A stretch of DNA of 64,000 bases. Origin: Patescibacteria group bacterium (lineage in GTDB: Bacteria > Patescibacteriota > Minisyncoccia > UBA6257 > UBA9933). Positions 42,406 through 50,495 of this stretch are shown here, piece after piece. A program made the position numbers and the translations under genes. The stretch is from contig JBBTYQ010000003.1 of the NCBI GenBank assembly GCA_038078555.1, positions 397 through 64,396 on the forward strand, read 5' to 3'. The notes beneath the pieces were generated by a model. It made no database searches. It was not told the DNA's origin and saw nothing but the letters and a program-made list of their open reading frames with translations. Every line of letters starts with the position of its first letter. The first letter of the stretch is position 1.

Positions 42406-42586
42406 AGCCGGAGAGAGGAGTCGAACCTCCAACCGAAGTTTACCCCGTTAGATATGCCGATAAGCCGGCGGAGGGATTCGAACCCACGACCTACGGTTTA
42501 CAAAACCGTTGCTCTGCCCCTGAGCTACGCCGGCATATCTAACGGGGCTTCGCAAAAGCATTGCTCTACCATTGAGCTACCCCGGC
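42406..42586 (-). other. Interrupted tRNA-like gene (anticodon-loop UGC) whose halves flank tRNA-Thr(UGU)
   Basis: The 5' part (42586-42548) and the T arm plus acceptor 3' strand (42430-42406) have acceptor strands that pair 7/7. They are separated by 117 nt containing a 13-bp inverted repeat and a complete tRNA. Confidence 0.55.
42463..42534 (-). tRNA. tRNA-Thr(UGU)
   Basis: 72 nt with acceptor GCCGGCG/CGCCGGC and anticodon arm ACGGT-TTTGTAA-ACCGT. The T arm GTGGG-TTCGAAT-CCCTC has one U-U mismatch. Confidence 0.88.
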
Positions 42587-42599
42587 AACGCAAACAATC

Positions 42600-43715
42600 T
42601 TAACTTTTTTTTATTAATTCTTCAAGCTCTTCCAGCATTATTTTAGGTTCGCCTTTGCTAAAATATTCTCTGGCAGGATTTAATAATTCAATCAAATATT
42701 CGGCTACAAATTTTTTAAGGTCTTCTGGATGAAGTCCGCCACTTTTAAAAATTTTTTCCAATTCTTCAATCGAAAAAATTTCAAGATTTCCGCCGTGCTC
42801 CGCCTTCCGAGAAATTGTGATTTTATTTTCCCGGCTGAAAATTAAATATCTCGCCCAATCAATAATAGGATTAAATTCAATATCTTTCTCCGGACAATAA
42901 GCTTTTTTAATTTTTCTCAAAATATCTTCTTCGCTATCGTGAATAAAAATCGCGCTGTCCGGCTTAGATTTAGACATTTTCATCGATGTTTGCAAATCTT
43001 CGCCTGAAGCGCCGTTATTCGGCTTATTTAGCCCCAAGAGCAGATGATGATGCACTGCCACCGGTTTTATAATCTTATCGCCGATTTTAAGCGGAGAAAA
43101 TTTCAATTGGTTTGCGACATCGCGTGCTATAACGTTGGCTTTTCGCTGGTCAAGACCGGCATGAGAAAAATTAAAGCCGCCGGCAAAAATATCTGCCACC
43201 TGCATTGCCGGATAAAGAAGTTTGGCAAAATCAACTTCTATCCCCTCGCGCCTGCCCATAATCGTTATGCTTCTTTGCATTCTTGCCAAACTCGTATTTT
43301 TGCTGACATCAATCAAGGTTTGCCAGTATAAATCGTTATTATGATAAAAATCCGAAGCTAAAATGAAATTTAAATCATTAGGATTGCCGCCTAAACATTT
43401 ATAAGAAATTTTTAAGCCTTCTTCAAAATAACCAACCGCTGTTTTTTTTATCGCGTCGAGATTGCCGCCCAGCTTATCATTTATCCAGGTATGATAATCT
43501 GCCAAAAAAATATGCGTTTTAACTCCGGCATCGAAAAAATCTTTAACTTTTTGCATGCAAATCAATCCGGTGCCTAAATGAATTTTTCCGGAAATCTCTA
43601 AGCCGATATAATGCTTTAAAGGAGTATTTTGAGAAAACAAAAACTCCAGCTCATCGCTTTCAATAACCTCCTCGGTTAAACGGGATATTAAATTGATTTT
43701 TTCTTTTATATCCAT
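42600..43715 (-). CDS. tyrS: Tyrosyl-tRNA synthetase, archaeal/eukaryal type (no S4-like C-terminal domain)
   Basis: 371 aa. It has YIGLEISGKIHLGT (HIGH region), KMSKS, YPAMQVADI, KIKKAYCPEKDIEFNPI and GGLHPEDLKKFVAEYLIELLNP. These blocks closely parallel the Methanocaldococcus jannaschii TyrRS sequence as I remember it. Confidence 0.85.
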   Translation of the reverse strand: MDIKEKINLISRLTEEVIESDELEFLFSQNTPLKHYIGLEISGKIHLGTGLICMQKVKDFFDAGVKTHIFLADYHTWINDKLGGNLDAIKKTAVGYFEEGLKISYKCLGGNPNDLNFILASDFYHNNDLYWQTLIDVSKNTSLARMQRSITIMGRREGIEVDFAKLLYPAMQVADIFAGGFNFSHAGLDQRKANVIARDVANQLKFSPLKIGDKIIKPVAVHHHLLLGLNKPNNGASGEDLQTSMKMSKSKPDSAIFIHDSEEDILRKIKKAYCPEKDIEFNPIIDWARYLIFSRENKITISRKAEHGGNLEIFSIEELEKIFKSGGLHPEDLKKFVAEYLIELLNPAREYFSKGEPKIMLEELEELIKKS

Positions 43716-43756
43716 ATATTTATAAAAATCTTAGCAGATTCTAGGCTTAGGAGCAA

Positions 43757-43792
43757 ACAAAAATCCCCCAAAGTGAGGGGGGATTTTTATTT
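43757..43792. terminator. Bidirectional hairpin between tRNA-Tyr and tyrS
   Basis: A 9-bp stem (AAATCCCCC / GGGGGATTT) with an 8-nt loop is flanked by an A-run and a T-run. Confidence 0.65.
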
Positions 43793-43824
43793 TGTGCCAT
43801 TTTACTAATTTGCCCTTTAAGATG

Positions 43825-43908
43825 TCCAGGGGGCAGGATTTGAACCTGCGAAGGGACATGCCCGCGGGTTTTACAGACCCGTGTAATTGACCGCTCTACC
43901 ACCCCTGG
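43825..43908 (-). tRNA. tRNA-Tyr(GUA) with C1:G72 and long variable arm
   Basis: 84 nt with acceptor CCAGGGG/CCCCTGG, discriminator A, anticodon arm CGGGT-CTGTAAA-ACCCG, a 15-nt variable region CGGGCATGTCCCTTC, and T arm GCAGG-TTCAAAT-CCTGC. Confidence 0.85.
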
Positions 43909-43931
43909 ATTTTAATTTACTATCTATATTA

Positions 43932-44303
43932 TTATATTAAATATTTTTGATATTTTTCATCTTCTAATGATATTACATTCCTTGCGCTTATTTCTTGCCA
44001 TTTTATTAAATAACAACGATTATCAGCGGTATAAATAAATAAATAATCAAAATCGTCATCTCTATATTTTTTAGCATAATTAAAACTTTGATTACCTCCA
44101 GTAATTCTAAGATTGGCGCAATGTGCTCCTCGACTACTTTTACCTGCAAATTTTATTTGTACTTTATTTAATTTTTTACCATCATCAAATACTAAATCAT
44201 ATCGCTTTCTATCTCCTAAGGGAAGTAAAACTTCATAGCCAAACGCTGTTAATTTAGCAATACATTGAGAAACGGCTAATGATCCTTTGTCTTTACTATT
44301 CAT
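43932..44303 (-). CDS. PD-(D/E)XK endonuclease-like protein (intron-associated-type small nuclease family)
   Basis: 123 aa. It has KGSLAVSQCIAKLTAFGYEVLLPLGDRKRYDLVFDDGKKLNKVQIK, the GD...D-x-V...Q-x-K pattern of this family. Confidence 0.7.
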   Translation of the reverse strand: MNSKDKGSLAVSQCIAKLTAFGYEVLLPLGDRKRYDLVFDDGKKLNKVQIKFAGKSSRGAHCANLRITGGNQSFNYAKKYRDDDFDYLFIYTADNRCYLIKWQEISARNVISLEDEKYQKYLI

Positions 44304-44378
44304 AACAACAGTCTACTACCCTGTTTAATTTTGTCAATTCTTATTTTAAAGTTGCCGTTCAGCCACCGCCGGATTAAA

Positions 44379-44729
44379 TTAATTTTCTGGAGTTTTGTCA
44401 GTTTCACTTTGTTCCTCGATATTATCAAATAAAGCAGGTTTCTCGCCATTGCCGTTGGTTTTTTTTACTTTTTTAAGATGGTGAGTTACCAAATTATCCC
44501 ACTTCATCAATATAAGCTTGATTTTTCTTAAAGCTTTTTCCAGCTGAGTGCTTAAAGTAACATCCAACCTTTCAAGCGGCAAAAAGGAAATCAATTTATC
44601 GATTTTGGCATAAGGCGTCCTTTCAAAGTCTTCTCTGATATCGCTAACTCTGGGCACTGCCCGGGCAATTAAATAAATCATCGCTCCGAGGCTAAACATT
44701 ATAATGGTTTGAAGAATAAAGTTATACAT
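44379..44729 (-). CDS. Small single-pass membrane protein, unknown function
   Basis: 116 aa with one N-terminal TM helix and a charged C-terminal tail. It is preceded by pre-ATG element E5. Confidence 0.55.
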   Translation of the reverse strand: MYNFILQTIIMFSLGAMIYLIARAVPRVSDIREDFERTPYAKIDKLISFLPLERLDVTLSTQLEKALRKIKLILMKWDNLVTHHLKKVKKTNGNGEKPALFDNIEEQSETDKTPEN

Positions 44730-44753
44730 GGAGTATTCACTAATAATGCGAAT
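44730..44753 (-). promoter_or_regulatory. Conserved pre-ATG element, divergent copy E5 (ATTCGCATTATTAGTGAATACTCC)
   Basis: It directly abuts the ATG at 44729. It shares the CGCATTATT core and the A-T-ACT tail with E1-E4. Confidence 0.35.
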
Positions 44754-44808
44754 TTTTAGCGAATAACGCTAGTCGCATTATTAAATTTTATTAGTATTAT
44801 TGTAATTA

Positions 44809-45249
44809 CTATATTTCGTATCGGCAAAATCTTTCCACTTTGATATTTTCACCCAGTTTGGCGACTGTTTGTTTTATTAAGGATTCAATATTTAATGATT
44901 CGTCTTTGACATAATTTTGAGCCAATAATTCCTCGCTGTCCTTTGGATTCATTGCGGCAACATGCATTGCCAGATTATGGGCAAGTTCCTTAAATACGGG
45001 ATTGCGCGCCACAAAATCAGTTTCACATCTAAGCTCAAGCAATACGCCGACTCTTTCGTTGTGGATATAAGACTGCAAAAGTCCGGCGCCGGTAGCCCGC
45101 TCGCTCTTTTTTTCAGCTTTAACTAAACCTCTTTCGTGAATGATAGTTATGGCTTTTTCAAGGTCGCCGCCTGCGTCTTCAAGCGCTTTTTTGCACTCCA
45201 TCACGCCGGCGCTCGTAATATCCCTAAGTTTTTGAACTTGCTCTTTCAT
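44809..45249 (-). CDS. tsf: Elongation factor Ts, minimal form
   Basis: 146 aa with the UBA-like N-terminus [26 protein letters not shown] and the core TDFVARN. TATAAT at 45258-45263 lies 8 nt before the ATG. Confidence 0.9.
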   Translation of the reverse strand: MKEQVQKLRDITSAGVMECKKALEDAGGDLEKAITIIHERGLVKAEKKSERATGAGLLQSYIHNERVGVLLELRCETDFVARNPVFKELAHNLAMHVAAMNPKDSEELLAQNYVKDESLNIESLIKQTVAKLGENIKVERFCRYEI

Positions 45250-45303
45250 AAATTTAAATTATAAAACAATCTTAAAAAGATAAGCAAATCGATAACTGCC
45301 CTA

Positions 45304-46086
45304 TTAATTATCAGAGGAAATTTTTCCCACTATTTTATTGATTATCCATTCAATGCTTGCTTTAGCGTGATCATTGGCTGGAATCGGATAATCAATCAAA
45401 TCAGGGTTATCATCGCTATCAATAATTGCCACCACGGGAACTTTCATTCGGCGCGCTTCTCTAATCGCGGTATTGTGGCCTTTAATATCCAAATCAACGA
45501 CAAACATTGCCTCCGGCACTCTGGTTAAATTTTCCAAACCTCCGAATAAAATTCTCATTTTTTCAATCTGCTTGTTAATGACTGACCTCTCTTTTTTTGT
45601 ATATTTCTCGTATTCTCCTTTTGCCATGTCAGCCTGAATCTTCTTAAAATGTTCTACTCTTAAAGACAGAATTTTAAAGTTAGTAATCAATCCGCCAATC
45701 CAGCGATTTTTGACATAAGGCAAATCAAATTTTTTTGCCAAAACTTCGGCTACATCCCAAGCCGCGGGTTGCGTTGCCACAATAATAACCATTTTTTTAT
45801 TTTTTATCTGCTGACTAAGAAACTCAGCGGCTGAATCGATAGCAGATAATGTTTTGGCTAAATCAATAATTTCCATGCCATTTCTGGCCAAAGCAATATA
45901 AGGCCTAAATTTAGGATTGGTTTTGCTGGTTTTGTGGCCGTACATTAAGCCGGCGCTCATCATTTCCTTAAGCACTTCAATATCCGCTTCAGACTCAATA
46001 ACCTCGTTTTCCTTCAATTCCTCTTCAGCTACAATCATTTGAATTTTATTATTTTTTTCTTCTTTTTTCATAATAAAAATTGCCAT
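45304..46086 (-). CDS. rpsB: Ribosomal protein S2 with acidic N-terminal extension
   Basis: It has LMYGHKTSKTNPKFRPYI and the S2 core. The exact start is uncertain. Confidence 0.93.
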   Translation of the reverse strand: MAIFIMKKEEKNNKIQMIVAEEELKENEVIESEADIEVLKEMMSAGLMYGHKTSKTNPKFRPYIALARNGMEIIDLAKTLSAIDSAAEFLSQQIKNKKMVIIVATQPAAWDVAEVLAKKFDLPYVKNRWIGGLITNFKILSLRVEHFKKIQADMAKGEYEKYTKKERSVINKQIEKMRILFGGLENLTRVPEAMFVVDLDIKGHNTAIREARRMKVPVVAIIDSDDNPDLIDYPIPANDHAKASIEWIINKIVGKISSDN

Positions 46087-46195
46087 TTACGGCATTAGTT
46101 ATAATAGAAAATAATAATTGTCTTGTCAATAAACAAAAAGCGCCAAAGAATTTCTCTTGGCGCTAATTTAACTTTTTAAGACTTATCATTATCAC

Positions 46196-46372
46196 CTATT
46201 CTTTGAGCAATACCACGTTCATTAAGAATTTTCCGCAATTGGCGCAAATTTTACGCGCTACTATATGTCCTTTCCCGCATTCATTTACAGAAATAAAAAT
46301 ACTGCAGATTCTTTTAATGTGATGGCAATAATTTTCGTCGCATCCGCATTCTTTCGTTTCAGTTTTTTTCAC
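46196..46372 (-). CDS. Small Cys-rich protein (58 aa), paralog 1
   Basis: It has a GTG start 5 nt after AAGGAGG. It translates MKKTETKECGCDENYCHHIKRICSIFISVNECGKGHIVARKICANCGKFLMNVVLLKE. A terminator hairpin follows at about 46143-46170. Confidence 0.5.
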   Translation of the reverse strand: MKKTETKECGCDENYCHHIKRICSIFISVNECGKGHIVARKICANCGKFLMNVVLLKE

Positions 46373-46447
46373 ATCAGCCTCCTTAACTTTTTATAAGTTA
46401 GGTCAAGCTTATATAAAATGAGATTGGTTGCAATTGCTCATGGACTT

Positions 46448-46624
46448 TCAACTCCGTTGTTTTCTTTTGTTTTTTGCAATATTCCTTTCGATTGATACTT
46501 TATTTGATAAAAATTTTTTGCAATTAGAACAAAATACTCTAAACTTCATTTTTTCTGAAACAGGCATTCTTTGAAAATAATACGAATGTGAACACACAAT
46601 CCTTATGATTCTTGTAATGCTCAT
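46448..46624 (-). CDS. Small Cys-rich protein (58 aa), paralog 2
   Basis: It has an ATG 5 nt after AAGGAGG. It translates MSITRIIRIVCSHSYYFQRMPVSEKMKFRVFCSNCKKFLSNKVSIERNIAKNKRKQRS. It shares the C-S...C-x-N-C-x-K-F-L core with paralog 1. Confidence 0.5.
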   Translation of the reverse strand: MSITRIIRIVCSHSYYFQRMPVSEKMKFRVFCSNCKKFLSNKVSIERNIAKNKRKQRS

Positions 46625-46755
46625 ACTAGCCTCCTTATTATATTTTCATGATCTTTATAAAATTTAATGCAATTTTTAAAAATTGTCAAATAAAAAATTC
46701 CCCCGCAAAGCGGGGGAATTTTTAAACTAACCAGCTAATTAGCTAACGAGCTAAA

Positions 46756-48414
<1,659 letters not shown>

Positions 48415-48431
48415 TTACTTTTTTATAATTT

Positions 48432-48722
48432 CTATTCAATTATCGCTAAAATATCTTCTTCTTCGGCCACTAAATATTTTTTACCTTCAATTTCAATCTC
48501 ATCCGGCCCGTATTTTTTAAACAAAACTGTATCTCCTACTTTAACAGACATCGGCATTCTTTCGCCTTTATCGCTTAACTTTCCCGGACCAGCAGAAATA
48601 ACCTTGCCCTTAATGGGCTTTTCACGCTCCGCAGTCTCGGGCAGAACAATTCCTGATTTAGTGGTTTTTTCTTCTTCAATAGGCTCGATGAAAAGGCGGT
48701 TGGAAAGAGGCTTGAGATTCAT
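48432..48722 (-). CDS. groS: Co-chaperonin GroES
   Basis: MNLKPLSNRLFIEPIEEEKTTKSGIVLPETA... (96 aa). The ORF-track start at 48776 lies upstream of a TTGACA-N16-TAAAAT promoter, which favours ATG 48722. Confidence 0.93.
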   Translation of the reverse strand: MNLKPLSNRLFIEPIEEEKTTKSGIVLPETAEREKPIKGKVISAGPGKLSDKGERMPMSVKVGDTVLFKKYGPDEIEIEGKKYLVAEEEDILAIIE

Positions 48723-48730
48723 ATCTACAT

Positions 48731-48758
48731 ATTTTATTTTTAAAAAAATTTTTGTCAA
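48731..48758 (-). promoter_or_regulatory. Candidate groES-groEL promoter (TTGACA-N16-TAAAAT)
   Basis: On the minus strand, TTGACA is at 48758-48753 and TAAAAT at 48736-48731. The ATG follows 8 nt later. No CIRCE-like inverted repeat was seen. Confidence 0.5.
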
Positions 48759-48956
48759 GCTTTGAAACGCTGACATGCCCGTTTTGAAATAAAATTCAAA
48801 ACAGGCCAGCCCCGCAACAAACTTTATTTGTTGCGGGGCTTTTTTATTTTTAAAAATAAAATTTCTAGGATTTTTATAAACCTAAAAATTGACATTTTAG
48901 AAATATTTTCTTATTCTATTTTCAGCTTAATTTAAAACTTAAATAAGGAGACTGTT

Positions 48957-50354
48957 ATGATCAAAGTAGAGCTGATAAACCACGGCGCAATAAACGACGC
49001 AAAACTCATATCTTTTTCTGCAAAAGGTTGTTATCAACCGGAAAAACCGATAATGGGAGAAACCATGGATATTGTCGGAAAATTATTCAAAACCGGCCAC
49101 CACACCACGTTTCAACACGGTTATTTCACTTTCTGGATAGAAGACATTGCCATTTCAGATGTCACTTTCGGCCTGCATCTGGTAAACCCGTTTTACAATA
49201 CGAGCCAGCGCTCCGGAAGATTCTGCGGAAAAATGTTTCAAAATCCCGATTACGAAGAAATTAGCAGTTATATCAAAACATACTGGCCCGAACTCGACGA
49301 AGAACAATTAACTCTAGCTATACATTTTGTCAGAGACGGCATAGTCATATACCAAAAAAATCTTTCTAAGGCCGTTGATTTCGCCAAAGAATTAATCAGG
49401 GAAGAAAGGCCTTTTGCCAGCGAAAAATATATAGACCAAAATGCGCCTAAGTTTGCCCAAGAGCAATTAAGAGTATTCATTCCGACAATATTTCCCACAG
49501 CTCTTACTTATACGGCTAATCTTTCCGCTATCATTGCAATGCACTGCTCCAGCTGGTCTCCGGCTTTAATAGATATCAGCCGAAAAATGATGGATGCCGT
49601 AATTTCGCTTTATCCGGAAACGCTGGAATTAAAGAAGATACTCGAGATTGTAAACGAAGTGAAGCATTCCTCTAAAAACCTCAAGTGGCTTCCGGCAGAA
49701 GATATTTTTCATTTAACCAGCGCTATCCGCTACAACCCTTCCGCAATTCTGTCGCCGAAAGACAAAGATTACAGTTCGAAATTCCGCGATGCAATAATTC
49801 CGCCTCCGGAATTCATGCACCCGATAGACTTATTGCACTTCCATCCGGCTTTTATGGAAAATTCTGTAAGTCGGCTGGAATCAGTTGTAAATATTTCCGT
49901 AGCAACAATGGGTCAAGATCAAAGGCATCGAATGATTTCCCGAGGCAAACCGAGATTTACCGGTGAATTTTATCTGCCACCGATTCCAAGAATGTGCGGT
50001 TTAACCGGCGAAGCGATTGCTTTAATAACAGCGTGGAAATGTCTCTTCAAACAATTGCCAAAATCTCTTGCTTTGGCGCTCGTGCCTTATGGAGCTATGG
50101 TTTCTTACAAAAAATCCGGCTCGCTTAACGCAGTAGCTCATGAATTAAACAAACGCCTCTGCTGGACTGCCCAAGAAGAGATATATCACTCCGCGCTTAA
50201 TTTACGCAAAGAAATATCCGAAAAATGCGGAGCTGACTCGCCTCTGCTTGCGATATTTCCTCCCAGTTGCGTAAGAACCGGCAAATGCGGCGAAGGAGAT
50301 AGATATTGCGGTAGAGATATGAAGAAAGATTGTTTTATTGAAAGAAAAATCTAA
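48957..50354 (+). CDS. thyX: Long ThyX-like (flavin-dependent thymidylate synthase family) protein with two ThyX-like halves and a C-terminal Cys cluster
   Basis: 465 aa. The N half has GHHTTFQHGYFTFWIE...SQRSGRF (the RHR is replaced by LHL). The C half has HFHPAFMEN...QRHRMISRGKPRF. The tail reads CVRTGKCGEGDRYCGRDMKKDC. SD AAGGAG is present. Confidence 0.7.
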   Translation: MIKVELINHGAINDAKLISFSAKGCYQPEKPIMGETMDIVGKLFKTGHHTTFQHGYFTFWIEDIAISDVTFGLHLVNPFYNTSQRSGRFCGKMFQNPDYEEISSYIKTYWPELDEEQLTLAIHFVRDGIVIYQKNLSKAVDFAKELIREERPFASEKYIDQNAPKFAQEQLRVFIPTIFPTALTYTANLSAIIAMHCSSWSPALIDISRKMMDAVISLYPETLELKKILEIVNEVKHSSKNLKWLPAEDIFHLTSAIRYNPSAILSPKDKDYSSKFRDAIIPPPEFMHPIDLLHFHPAFMENSVSRLESVVNISVATMGQDQRHRMISRGKPRFTGEFYLPPIPRMCGLTGEAIALITAWKCLFKQLPKSLALALVPYGAMVSYKKSGSLNAVAHELNKRLCWTAQEEIYHSALNLRKEISEKCGADSPLLAIFPPSCVRTGKCGEGDRYCGRDMKKDCFIERKI

Positions 50355-50495
50355 TCCTAAATCTAAATCGTGCCCGTTTTGAGGTCAAACTTAATCGGGC
50401 ATTTTTATTTAAAGTTATTTGACTTTTTGTAATATTAAAAATAAATTAAAAGCAGCTGATATTTAAAACTTAATAAAAAGAAAGCGGGAGGAAAA

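Noticed and set aside
43716-43824. A T-box riboswitch upstream of tyrS (also considered for proS and cysS)
   Set aside because: The available leaders are about 110 nt or less and contain only a simple terminator hairpin. There is no specifier-loop or T-box sequence architecture, which needs about 200 nt or more.
48723-48956. CIRCE/HrcA operator or another heat-shock operator upstream of groES, and likewise upstream of grpE/dnaK
   Set aside because: No TTAGCACTC-N9-GAGTGCTAA-like repeat is present. The inverted repeats at 48778-48808 and 48809-48843 lie upstream of the -35 box. The second carries a plus-strand T-run, so they look like terminator or insulator hairpins.
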